Assembly (NCBI GenBank): GCA_036677365.1
Contig: JAVBWN010000002.1
Location: forward strand, 1 to 41,929
Direction: 5' to 3'
Origin: Acholeplasma sp.
GTDB taxonomy: Bacteria > Bacillota_I > Bacilli_A > Acholeplasmatales > UBA5453
Length of the DNA: 41,929 nucleotides
Shown: positions 27,614 to 37,302 of the stretch, one piece after another
How the letters are laid out: each line of letters opens with the position of its first letter
How positions within the stretch are numbered: the stretch's first letter is position 1
Made by a program: the position numbers and the translations under genes
The notes under the pieces: generated by a model
What the model was told of the DNA's origin: nothing
Databases searched by the model: none
The model's input: only the letters and a program-made list of their open reading frames with translations

Positions 27614-29442
27614 TATGTTTTATTAAACAGTCTACGAATCAAATCTTGTAAGAGGGTTGGGGTAACTTTTTCATAGACCAACTCAATCGCGAGCAGTGGG
27701 TCATCTGTGATGATGCCATCGACGTCAATACTGACAGCGTATTTGATGTCTGATGCCCGATTGAGTGTCCAAACATACGCTCGTTTTCCCGATTTATGAA
27801 TCATTTCGATGTATTCGGGGTTCGATTTGATCATGTCAAAACGTAGCCCCAAGGCATCGACATAATCCAATGTAATGACACCATTGAGCGAACCAACGAA
27901 TACAGGAATCAAAAGCATCGTAGATATGCTCTCATCCATCGATTTAATCTTACGCAGTTGTTCGCGATTGAATGACATGATGGTCGTAGAAGCAGCCATA
28001 TCATAATCCATCAACATTTCCATTACACGGGTTTCAATCCCAGGTGTCGAACCTTTGATTTCTAAGTATAAATAGGTTCTACCATAAATCAGTTCAAGCA
28101 CTTGTGCAAGGGAAGGGATTTTTTCACCAGAAAAATCTGGGTGAAACCATGAACCAGCATCGAGATTTTGGATTTCTTCAAAAGTTAATTGTTCAATGCT
28201 TTGACCTGTTTTTAAGTTGGTGGTACGGTTGACGGTATAGTCATGGAATAAAAACGGAATACCATCTTTAGACATACGTACATCGATTTCAACAGCGTCT
28301 GCACCCTGTGATATTGCCAAGTCCATCGCAGCTAGCGTATTTTCTGGTGCGTAAATCGAAGCGCCACGATGGGCAATCACAGCCGACCTATTGAGTAATT
28401 CAAGTGGAGATCGATCCGCACCTAAAATTTGATAAACGGTACTAATATTAAGACCAATCAAAACCACGATACTGAGTATGGCGACTTTTCGAGTCCATTT
28501 CGTTTGTTTTGGATAAGGTCTCATGAGATTGAAATCCAAGGTTTCTGGGGTTTCAATCTCAGCATGCTTGTTGTGATAAACGGCTGTGATATAAGCGACA
28601 TTGATTGGAACAAAAAACAAAGTCGATAGGAACCCAATCAATAAATACACCGCGTAAATGAATGTAAATAGGGTTGGAACAACATACCCTTCACCACGGG
28701 TGAGTTGAATCAACCAACCTAAAGCGATGATGATGAATAAATAAAGGGCATACACGATGAGATTGAGTAAGAAATTGATTGAGAAGAATTCTGCCATCGT
28801 GCGCATTCTTCTTTTACTCAACATCAGTTTCTTTTCAAGTTTTACCGACTTAAAGGGTTGTTTCTTAAAGGTATAAATCGGTAAGTATAACATGGTTTCT
28901 ATGAATATTATGAAAATGATGGCAGTCAATACCAATACGACTCGATTGATCCAAACATCGGCTCTGAGTTCGTTCACTAAAATGGGTAGGTCAATCGAAG
29001 AAGCGAAACCATAAACCGAGATAAAACCCGTTAAATATACAAAGCTGAGTGTCGGTACCCATAAATATATCGGTAATAGTTTACCCATCATTTTGATTTG
29101 ATCCACACCTGCTAACCATAAATACTTCATATTGAGTTGGATTTCTTTGATACCATATTCAAAGATGATTTGTAGGAAGAGAATTTCAATCAAAAAATAG
29201 ACGACGATAATCAAAAGTATTAGAAATAAAAGGATAACCGTACTCGGACTGACTAAGTACTCTAGTAGATCCCGGTTTGTGATGTAGACAAATGGACTCC
29301 ATTCAATGGTTAAATAAAACAAACGACTGACAAATGGGTAAACCAAAACAACCCCCAAAAGACGATAGAGGATTTCAAAGTAAATCAAAGTTTTTAAATT
29401 GTACCCAAGCCCTTTAGCCATCAAGTGGAGTGTTCTTACCAT
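27613..29442 (-). CDS. Membrane-domain glycerophosphodiester phosphodiesterase
   Basis: ~7 N-terminal TM segments; VIAHRGAS..APENT, VEIDV..SKDG..HD, YVWTLN, VDGIITDDP. Confidence 0.92.
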   Translation of the reverse strand: MVRTLHLMAKGLGYNLKTLIYFEILYRLLGVVLVYPFVSRLFYLTIEWSPFVYITNRDLLEYLVSPSTVILLFLILLIIVVYFLIEILFLQIIFEYGIKEIQLNMKYLWLAGVDQIKMMGKLLPIYLWVPTLSFVYLTGFISVYGFASSIDLPILVNELRADVWINRVVLVLTAIIFIIFIETMLYLPIYTFKKQPFKSVKLEKKLMLSKRRMRTMAEFFSINFLLNLIVYALYLFIIIALGWLIQLTRGEGYVVPTLFTFIYAVYLLIGFLSTLFFVPINVAYITAVYHNKHAEIETPETLDFNLMRPYPKQTKWTRKVAILSIVVLIGLNISTVYQILGADRSPLELLNRSAVIAHRGASIYAPENTLAAMDLAISQGADAVEIDVRMSKDGIPFLFHDYTVNRTTNLKTGQSIEQLTFEEIQNLDAGSWFHPDFSGEKIPSLAQVLELIYGRTYLYLEIKGSTPGIETRVMEMLMDYDMAASTTIMSFNREQLRKIKSMDESISTMLLIPVFVGSLNGVITLDYVDALGLRFDMIKSNPEYIEMIHKSGKRAYVWTLNRASDIKYAVSIDVDGIITDDPLLAIELVYEKVTPTLLQDLIRRLFNKT

Positions 29443-29554
29443 AGTAAAACCTTCTTACTTGTATTGTAACACGGAATAAAAAACACATCAAATCTAAAAG
29501 ACTTTGAATAATCTATCTAAACATTGTATACTTGAAATAAGGCAGGTGACATTT

Positions 29555-30565
29555 ATGAAATTTAAAGACTATTTCACACCTAAATCGATGGTATATACGG
29601 GTGAACACACCAACATTAAAACCACCATCAAGCATTACCAATACAACGCACAAGAACTCGTTGTGACCGATGATTTTGTAAAAAAAGAGGGATTCAAACA
29701 TTATATTCAAGTGGTTGGATTGAGTGAAGTAGATAAAATCATGGCACTGAAAGAGATATATCCTGTGGAACCTTTGATTTTAGAAGACGTATTTAACGTA
29801 TCTCAACGGGTCAAAATGGATGACCGTAAAGAATACATCTTCGCTGTATTCCATGTGAATTACTTTAAAGAATCGGTTAAAGAGGATTACATGAGCTTGT
29901 TATTTTTTAAAGATACCATCATCACATTCCACGAAAAAGACCCAGAATGCTTAGAAGCGTTGTACCCACTCTTTGATAGTTATCAAGAACTCAGAGAAAG
30001 AAATACAGATTTCCTTTTCTATCAAATCCTTGACATCATTACCGATAGACACATCGATTTGATGGAACACAACCAAATGGTCACCGAACAAATCGAAGAA
30101 GAAATCCTTGAATACAAATCGGTTGACCAAGAAGAGTTCTATCAGATGCGAAAATCCTTGTTAAAACTCAAAAGCAACGTTTCACCGATCTTAAATCAAA
30201 TCGATAAAATCATTCAAAGCCCAAAAGGCTACATATCTACGGATCAATACCCTTACTTTGATGATTTAAAGGACCACTTGTCGAGACTCGATGAACGATT
30301 GAATGACGCACGTGAGCTCATGCGTCATTTACTCGATTTACACATCAACAACCAATCGAATAAAATGAATGAAATCATGAAGACTTTAACCTTGTTCTCT
30401 GCAATTTTTATCCCTTTATCGTTCTTGACTGGATTCTTTGGTATGAATTTCGTACACTTCGATGTACTTACCTATGAAAATGCAGTCTTGGTATTTGTCT
30501 TAGGGTGTTTTATCTTAGCCGCTGGCATGGTCTATCTATTCAAACGCATGAATTGGTTCAAATAA
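29555..30565 (+). CDS. corA: CorA family Mg2+/Co2+ transporter
   Basis: MNEIMKTLT..FIPLSFLTGFFGMNF signature; ATG 29555 after AGGTGA. Confidence 0.93.
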   Translation: MKFKDYFTPKSMVYTGEHTNIKTTIKHYQYNAQELVVTDDFVKKEGFKHYIQVVGLSEVDKIMALKEIYPVEPLILEDVFNVSQRVKMDDRKEYIFAVFHVNYFKESVKEDYMSLLFFKDTIITFHEKDPECLEALYPLFDSYQELRERNTDFLFYQILDIITDRHIDLMEHNQMVTEQIEEEILEYKSVDQEEFYQMRKSLLKLKSNVSPILNQIDKIIQSPKGYISTDQYPYFDDLKDHLSRLDERLNDARELMRHLLDLHINNQSNKMNEIMKTLTLFSAIFIPLSFLTGFFGMNFVHFDVLTYENAVLVFVLGCFILAAGMVYLFKRMNWFK

Positions 30566-30807
30566 CCCTCCATATGGAGGGCTTTTTCTTTCTCAAGGAT
30601 TTCAATTATCAAAACTACATAACAAAAATCTTAAAATACGGTGTTATAATCAACATAAGGTGTCTTACAAAAACACAACGTTTCTTGTGGTTTTTCTAAT
30701 ACACAAAAATAATTTGCACAATATTTTAAAAAAGTGGACAAAAACAGATTTTTTTTCGTTTTATTAAGTGAGAAGATATTTTTTGTCCATTAATAGGGGG
30801 AAGATTA

Positions 30808-31338
30808 ATGGAGACAATCAGACTGGTTGAGGGAATCCGTAGAAGGAGCGAGTCTGCGTTTAGAGAAGTTTATGACAATTACTTTAAGTTATTGAAACAC
30901 GTCGTGTATAAGATGGTGAAAAACCATCAAATTGCTGACGAGTTAGTTCAAGAAGCATTCATGAAGATGTATGAGCGTATTCATACGTACACAGTGGACA
31001 CCAACTTTAAGTTTTGGTTAGTTCAAATTGCGAAAAACACCGCTTTAGACTACCTCAGAAAAGAACAAAAACAACTCAACATCACGGTGAATGAAGATGC
31101 GGTCGAAAGCTACATCGATGATCATAAACCAGATGACTACGATCATCTCTATAAAAAGATAGAAAAGATCGTCAGCAAAGACGAATATGAAATCGTCATT
31201 TTAAGAATCTTCCATGGCCTCAAGTTTCATGAGATTGCAGCCATGTTAGAGATAACCACAGCAGTAGCCACAAATAAGTACTCAAGAGCAATTAAGAAGT
31301 TAAAGAAAGAACTTCGTGAGGAGGATTTACATGAGTAA
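30808..31338 (+). CDS. ECF-type RNA polymerase sigma-70 factor
   Basis: AFREVYDNY, ADELVQEAFMKMY, FKFWLVQIAKNTALDYLRK, LKFHEIA; RBS AGGGGG. Confidence 0.92.
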   Translation: METIRLVEGIRRRSESAFREVYDNYFKLLKHVVYKMVKNHQIADELVQEAFMKMYERIHTYTVDTNFKFWLVQIAKNTALDYLRKEQKQLNITVNEDAVESYIDDHKPDDYDHLYKKIEKIVSKDEYEIVILRIFHGLKFHEIAAMLEITTAVATNKYSRAIKKLKKELREEDLHE

Positions 31339-31924
31339 GAAAATTAAGACCCTAGTCCAAAAGTATGAAAAGGACATGCAATTTGAGAATCGATTTGATG
31401 AATTAAAACACAAACTCGATTTAATACCTGACGCTGAAATAAAAAGCGAAGTTTATACCATCAAGAAAAAAGTAATGCCTGCGTACGCAATGATGATTGT
31501 ATTGCTCATGTTAGTGACAGGCATCATTGGATTACAGTTTGGATTGAACTCAAGTTATATAGAGACTCCTGAAACAGTAGATTCAGTCGAATCTAGACTA
31601 ATGGAACTAACTGACATTTATGAAAGAGAAGCTGTCTCGACGATTTTACTAAGTGATTTTGCTAGAGTACATTTGTATGTAGGTCTTCTCAATAATGAAG
31701 AGGTAATTGTTGCTTATCTTACAATTATTCAACCAAACATAACTGCTAGCATAGATGTTGAGAATTCAACCTATACATTGTCTACTGCAAATCGATTTCA
31801 ATTGATCGTATTAAATGAAATGAATGCAGATTTAGACTTTAAAGTTATCTTCAACCAAACGATTATCCACTCTGAAAATAAACAAATAGATTTTACTGCA
31901 TACTTTGATTTATTAGGTCAATAA
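31331..31924 (+). CDS. Putative anti-sigma factor (single TM, extracytoplasmic domain)
   Basis: Overlaps ECF stop, RBS GAGGAGG, one TM; function inferred from position. Confidence 0.6.
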   Translation: MSKKIKTLVQKYEKDMQFENRFDELKHKLDLIPDAEIKSEVYTIKKKVMPAYAMMIVLLMLVTGIIGLQFGLNSSYIETPETVDSVESRLMELTDIYEREAVSTILLSDFARVHLYVGLLNNEEVIVAYLTIIQPNITASIDVENSTYTLSTANRFQLIVLNEMNADLDFKVIFNQTIIHSENKQIDFTAYFDLLGQ

Positions 31925-31927
31925 CGT

Positions 31928-32410
31928 ATGAAAAAATACTATACACTCTCGATTTTCATTCTCTTCTTAGTTCTTTCCGGATGTACTTCCAAACGAGAAT
32001 CTCAAAAGGTTTTATATAAGTTTGACAAAGAAACATCCTTTTCAAATGTAGAACTACTAGATCAACTAGACGATTATAAAGATGGCTTGGTAATATCAAT
32101 CACTTTAGAATCAGAATATGTTGCTGATGAATATAAAACAAAGATTTTACCAGGCATGACTGCTGAACAAATCGATGCCATCATCAAAGAAATGCGCGAA
32201 GTAACCAAAAACTACTTCATAGAATTAAACAACCAATTCATCGAAACACACAAATTATCGGAACTTGGTGTGGTGGAGTTTTCAAAATACGATCCAACCA
32301 TCACCATTTATTTGGGAAAAGATGAATTGACATTAGAACAAATTGACAAATTGATTTTAATCTCGAAAGTAGATGAAGTTTTATTTGTAGAAGTTAAGCG
32401 TTACATTTAG
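31928..32410 (+). CDS. Lipoprotein resembling the propeptide of the downstream subtilase
   Basis: Lipobox LSGC; by-eye alignment to residues ~68-167 of 32425..34119. Confidence 0.65.
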   Translation: MKKYYTLSIFILFLVLSGCTSKRESQKVLYKFDKETSFSNVELLDQLDDYKDGLVISITLESEYVADEYKTKILPGMTAEQIDAIIKEMREVTKNYFIELNNQFIETHKLSELGVVEFSKYDPTITIYLGKDELTLEQIDKLILISKVDEVLFVEVKRYI

Positions 32411-32424
32411 GGGGAGTTATTCAC

Positions 32425-34119
32425 ATGAAAAAATTATTACTTACTACCATAATTGTTCTCGGGATGGCTTTCTCGTTAATGGTTAATGTTTCAAAACCTG
32501 TGGTTGTGCTTGGATCAACAACACAAGCAGAACCTAAGGACAAAATTGTGTTTGAAGGATTTAATATCAATCAATCTGCATCTATGGACGAAATCCAAGA
32601 AGAAGTAAGCGAAGCAGCAAATGAAGTAGTCACAGTTCAAGTTCAATTTGATTATGAGTATTTTTCTGATGCTAGATATAGAATTAACCGAAGAACAAAC
32701 ATCAACACATTCATCGCTGAACAAAGAAAATTAATTAAAGACTACCATACCAAGATGAATGCATATTTGATTCAAGATCTTGAACTCAATAATTATGTGG
32801 ATTCTTATGTGTCAAGTTATGGTCCATTTGTTGAGTATTATTATGAAAAGGATACATTCATTAACAACTCAGAAGAAATTGTTGGGGAACTTATTGAAAA
32901 TGAAAATGTATCGATGGCTTACATCCAAAATACAGAAGAATATACCTCATCAAACTTAAATACAGCAATGTATACCATGGGATCATATGAAGCCATTACA
33001 ACCGGTCAAGTTAGTGGTGCTGGTGTTACCATTGGTATCCTTGAAATTGAAGGTATTGTAGAAAGAAAACATCCAAATCTCATTGGTTCTAATTTAACAG
33101 TTCGTGATGAATGGTGGTTTAATGAAACAATTTCATCACACGCTACAATGGTAGCTTCTGTTGCTGGTGGTAATTTTGGTATTGCGAAAGGGGCAAGAAT
33201 TCTTAGTGTTCAATTGGTAGGCTCTGCCAAAGAAGAAATGGAATGGATGCTAGATCGTGGTGTCAATATCATTAACCTCAGCTGGGGTGATTCCTATAGT
33301 AATGCAACAGGCGTCTATTCAAGCCAATCTGCTTACTATGATTACATTGTGAGAACCACTTTTGTGACAATTGTTGCTGCTGCAGGAAACTGGGGCGACG
33401 GACATGGTATGGTTGGAAATCCAGGTTTAGGGTATAACGTTATCACCGTAGGTGCAACTAACCCAACAGGGACATATCGTCAAAGCTACTCATCCTATAA
33501 TGTTATTAATGGTCCATCCAAACCTAATATTGTAGCACCTGCTGGATTTATGATGCCAAATTATTCATTTCCATTTACAGGAACCAGCGTAACATCTCCA
33601 TTGGTAGCAGGTACAATCGCGTTAATGATGGAAACCTATCCTGAACTCAAAGTATTTCCTGAAAAAGTTATGTCATTGATTTCAGCTTCTGCCAAATTCA
33701 TGTCATTCCACGGGACAACTGGAATTGAAGGTTATAATGCAGAAGTTGGTGCAGGACTATTTGATTATAAAGAATCCATGGAAAATATGACCAATACTTT
33801 TGGTTATATCAATAGCACAGGTAAATCTGGTGTCTTTAAAGAAGTATATTTCTATGTGGATTACATGCAACAAGTGAAAGCATCAGTTGCATGGTTACTC
33901 AACAGTAACGATACAACCACAGTTAAACTCACAGACTATGATTTAAGATTATTCGATCCAACCGGTAGACCTGTCGCATCCGCAACCTCTAATCATAACA
34001 ATATTGAAGTTGTCACATACACAGCACACATGCCTGGTTATTATAGATTACAAATCACCCAAAATGGCGCGTTAGCAAACGGTTCTGACTGGGTATCCTT
34101 ATCCTACAGTATTCGATAA
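32425..34119 (+). CDS. Secreted S8 (subtilisin-like) serine peptidase with C-terminal beta-sandwich (PPC-like) domain
   Basis: Signal peptide; G.GVTIGILE, HATMVA, INLSWG, AAAGN, NVITVGA, KPNIVAP, GTSVTSPLVAG; DYDLRLFDP..NNIEVV. Confidence 0.9.
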   Translation: MKKLLLTTIIVLGMAFSLMVNVSKPVVVLGSTTQAEPKDKIVFEGFNINQSASMDEIQEEVSEAANEVVTVQVQFDYEYFSDARYRINRRTNINTFIAEQRKLIKDYHTKMNAYLIQDLELNNYVDSYVSSYGPFVEYYYEKDTFINNSEEIVGELIENENVSMAYIQNTEEYTSSNLNTAMYTMGSYEAITTGQVSGAGVTIGILEIEGIVERKHPNLIGSNLTVRDEWWFNETISSHATMVASVAGGNFGIAKGARILSVQLVGSAKEEMEWMLDRGVNIINLSWGDSYSNATGVYSSQSAYYDYIVRTTFVTIVAAAGNWGDGHGMVGNPGLGYNVITVGATNPTGTYRQSYSSYNVINGPSKPNIVAPAGFMMPNYSFPFTGTSVTSPLVAGTIALMMETYPELKVFPEKVMSLISASAKFMSFHGTTGIEGYNAEVGAGLFDYKESMENMTNTFGYINSTGKSGVFKEVYFYVDYMQQVKASVAWLLNSNDTTTVKLTDYDLRLFDPTGRPVASATSNHNNIEVVTYTAHMPGYYRLQITQNGALANGSDWVSLSYSIR

Positions 34120-34150
34120 AAAGCATTTTAAACGAAAGGGGGCGACCATC

Positions 34151-35140
34151 ATGATGAAAGTATTAGTGGCTGAAAGTAATAAGAAACATCGCGATTTACT
34201 CGTTCAGTACTTACAAGAAGAACAAATCCACGTCTTAACAGCAGCCGATGGCCAAAAAGCCCTCGAAGTATGGTCCAATGAAGACCCAAAAATCATCATC
34301 ATGGACATCAATATGCCAGACATCGATGGTTTCAGCGTCATTGAAGAAATCCGTCGTCGTGAACTTGATCATACGTATATCATCGTCGCTACCGACAATG
34401 AAGAAGTCATTTTAGGTAGAAGTTTCGATGTGGGTGCAGACGATTTCATCTCCATGCCAATCCGTAAAACAGAACTCATCTATCGCATTAAAGCGAGTGA
34501 AAAGGTGATTTCCAATCAAGAAAATCAAACTGTGATTTACGCTTTGGCACAACTCACAGAAACCCGTGATATCGAAACCGGTAGACACCTTGAACGTATT
34601 GGGATGTATGCCAAAGTAATCGCGACAGAACTTAAAAACCACCCGATTTATGGTGAACAAGTAACCTCACAATTTATTCATCACCTAACCTTATCCTCTG
34701 TCTTACATGATATTGGTAAGGTGGGCATTGAAGATGCAGTCTTACGTAAAAAAGGGATTTATACCGAAGAAGAGCGTAAGAAGATGCAGACCCACACCAT
34801 CATTGGTGCATCCACCATTGACAAAGTGGCGGACAAATACCCATTCATGGGGTTCTTAAAGATGGCTTCTGAAATTGCCCGATACCACCATGAAAAATGG
34901 GACGGTTCGGGTTACCCTGAAGGGTTAAAAGGCAAAGATATACCGTTATCCGCGAGAATCGTGGCTTTAGCCGATGTCTTTGATGCTTTGATTTCTGAAC
35001 GCTATTACAAACCAAAATACAGTTTCCAAGAATCTAAGCGCATCATTCTAGAATCTTCAGGATCCCATTTTGACCCCATCATCGTCGAAGCATTTTTAAA
35101 ACATGAGGCTGAATTTTACGCAATTGCACACCTCGATTAA
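34151..35140 (+). CDS. Response regulator with HD-GYP cyclic-dinucleotide phosphodiesterase domain
   Basis: REC (MDINMPDIDG, GADDF); ETRD.ETG.H, LHDIGK, HHEKWDGSGYPEGL, ADVFDAL. Confidence 0.93.
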   Translation: MMKVLVAESNKKHRDLLVQYLQEEQIHVLTAADGQKALEVWSNEDPKIIIMDINMPDIDGFSVIEEIRRRELDHTYIIVATDNEEVILGRSFDVGADDFISMPIRKTELIYRIKASEKVISNQENQTVIYALAQLTETRDIETGRHLERIGMYAKVIATELKNHPIYGEQVTSQFIHHLTLSSVLHDIGKVGIEDAVLRKKGIYTEEERKKMQTHTIIGASTIDKVADKYPFMGFLKMASEIARYHHEKWDGSGYPEGLKGKDIPLSARIVALADVFDALISERYYKPKYSFQESKRIILESSGSHFDPIIVEAFLKHEAEFYAIAHLD

Positions 35141-35262
35141 TACCGAAAATCACATTCAAAACGCCTACCCATGGCGTTTTTAATATATTAGGCGTGTCTT
35201 TTATTAAAAAACCGTTATAATAGAGATAGAATATCTTTCATAATTCTTTTATTTTAGGGGGT

Positions 35263-37263
35263 ATGCATATGGCTTACCGAGAGATTTTAAATATATTGGT
35301 CAATCTTTTGAACAATGGACTCATTTTATTGGGTTTGGTGTTTTTATATGCAGCAACCAATTTCGACCCACAAACCAACACACTTAGAAAAAAGATCACC
35401 GCTGGTATAACGATTGGGATATCTTCGATTTTCATCATGGCGAACCCATGGAAATTAGACACTGGTCTCATATTTGATACAAGATCGGTATTGTTTGGGG
35501 TTAACGGGTTTTTCTTTGGTGGCATTCCCACGGTAATCGCAGCTGTGATTGGTTCCGCTTATCGTATATGGGTAGGTGGTGCGGGTGTATATGCTGGGGT
35601 TGCAACCATCTTATCCACCTCTGCCCTTGGCTATTTATGGAAGAAGTATCGTAAACCAGAGTGGTTTAACAATAATGCTTACTTTGAATTTTATGCTTTA
35701 GGCGTTGTACTCCATATCGCCACTCTGCTTGGATTCTTCTTAATTCCGAACGGCCTCAATATCATCATCAACTTACTAATTCCTTATTTAGGCTTATTCC
35801 CAATACTTGTGATGCTGATTGGTGTGGTCATCTTAAATCAACAATCCAGATTACATTTTAACCAAGAATTTAGAATTCAAACCAAGCTTTTACAAGCCTC
35901 CATGGACGCGACTAGACACATGGAAATCTATGCTTTGGACCGCAATTTTAAATATCTAACATTCAATCATTTCCACCAAGTGTCGATGAAAGCCTATTAT
36001 AACTTAGAGATTCATAAAGGGGAGGATTTCTTATCCATCATCGAAAATGACGCGATGAAACGTCGTTTGATGAGAAACATTCAAAAAGCCTTGGATGGGG
36101 TATCTCATATCGATGTGGTCCGTGTCGAGATCGATGGGGAAAAATACCTAGAAGAACATTACGCCCCCATCATTGAAGATGGTAATATTATTGGCGCAAC
36201 CATTTTCTCATATGAAATCACAGACCGTAAAAAATACGAAGCCTCCATTTTATACCTATCTTATAACGATGCTTTGACTGGTTTATACAATAGGCGCTTT
36301 TATTCCGAAAAGTTAGCAGAACTCAAAGACACCAAATACAACCCTGTATCGATCATCTTGTGTGACATCAATGGGTTGAAAATCATGAACGATGCTTTCG
36401 GTCACGCCGCAGGGGATGAACTCTTGATTGAAGTCTCTGCCCTATTAAAACAAATTTTCAATGATAAAGGTTCCGTATGTCGTATCGGTGGCGATGAGTT
36501 TGTTGTATTGTTACCAAACACACCACTGCATTCCGCCCAATATTACTTAGAAAAGATGAAACGCATCTTAGATAAGAAATATTTACATGGCATGAGCGTA
36601 TCGGTATCCTTCGGGGTATCGTGCCGTGATCAAGATGGCGACTTAGAAGAAGTCATCCGCGTCGTAGAAGAACAAATGTATAAGAACAAATTGTTCGAAG
36701 TGACTTCACATCGAAGTGAATCGATCAAAACCATCTTAAATACGTTACATGAGAAAAACCCAAGAGAAGAAAGACACTCCAAACGGGTCTCTGAGATTTG
36801 TATCAACATTGGTCGAAAATTAGGCATGAAGTCTGAAGATTTACAGTTGTTAAGAGCGATTTCCAATCTCCATGACATCGGTAAAATTGCGATCGATGAA
36901 GCCATCTTAAATAAACCAGGTAAACTCACTGAAGCCGAATGGGAAATCATCAAACGTCACCCTGAAATCGGTTATCGAATCATTTCGACCTCACCAGAAT
37001 ACGCAGAAATTGCGTATGCCATCTTGTCACACCATGAGAAGTGGGATGGCACGGGGTATCCACGTGGGATTGAAGGCGAAAACATCCCGATTCGTGCGAG
37101 AATCATCTCCATCGCCGATGCCTATGACGCGATGGTTTCAGAAAGACCATATCGAAAACCACTGTCACACGAAGAAGCGATCGCTGAAATCAAAAAACAC
37201 ACAGGTAAGCAATTTGACCCTAGCTTGGTTGAAGTCTTCTTATCACTTTACGAAACAGGATAA
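35263..37263 (+). CDS. Membrane (5TM-LYT-like) sensor with PAS-like, GGDEF and HD-GYP domains
   Basis: IFDTR..GFFFGG TM domain; DALTGLYNRR, DINGLK..NDAFGH..GD, RIGGDEF; LHDIGK, HHEKWDGTGYP, ADAYDAM. Confidence 0.92.
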   Translation: MHMAYREILNILVNLLNNGLILLGLVFLYAATNFDPQTNTLRKKITAGITIGISSIFIMANPWKLDTGLIFDTRSVLFGVNGFFFGGIPTVIAAVIGSAYRIWVGGAGVYAGVATILSTSALGYLWKKYRKPEWFNNNAYFEFYALGVVLHIATLLGFFLIPNGLNIIINLLIPYLGLFPILVMLIGVVILNQQSRLHFNQEFRIQTKLLQASMDATRHMEIYALDRNFKYLTFNHFHQVSMKAYYNLEIHKGEDFLSIIENDAMKRRLMRNIQKALDGVSHIDVVRVEIDGEKYLEEHYAPIIEDGNIIGATIFSYEITDRKKYEASILYLSYNDALTGLYNRRFYSEKLAELKDTKYNPVSIILCDINGLKIMNDAFGHAAGDELLIEVSALLKQIFNDKGSVCRIGGDEFVVLLPNTPLHSAQYYLEKMKRILDKKYLHGMSVSVSFGVSCRDQDGDLEEVIRVVEEQMYKNKLFEVTSHRSESIKTILNTLHEKNPREERHSKRVSEICINIGRKLGMKSEDLQLLRAISNLHDIGKIAIDEAILNKPGKLTEAEWEIIKRHPEIGYRIISTSPEYAEIAYAILSHHEKWDGTGYPRGIEGENIPIRARIISIADAYDAMVSERPYRKPLSHEEAIAEIKKHTGKQFDPSLVEVFLSLYETG

Positions 37264-37265
37264 AG

Positions 37266-37302
37266 AAAATGCAATGCTGAGTTTCATCAGCACTGCATTT
37301 TT
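37266..37302. terminator. Bidirectional terminator
   Basis: AAAATGCAATGCTGA-gtttca-TCAGCACTGCATTTT between convergent genes. Confidence 0.78.

Noticed and set aside
30640-30700. Possible short sRNA (TGTTATAAT followed by hairpin and T tract)
   Set aside because: Weak A/T-rich hairpin and a very short transcript; insufficient support
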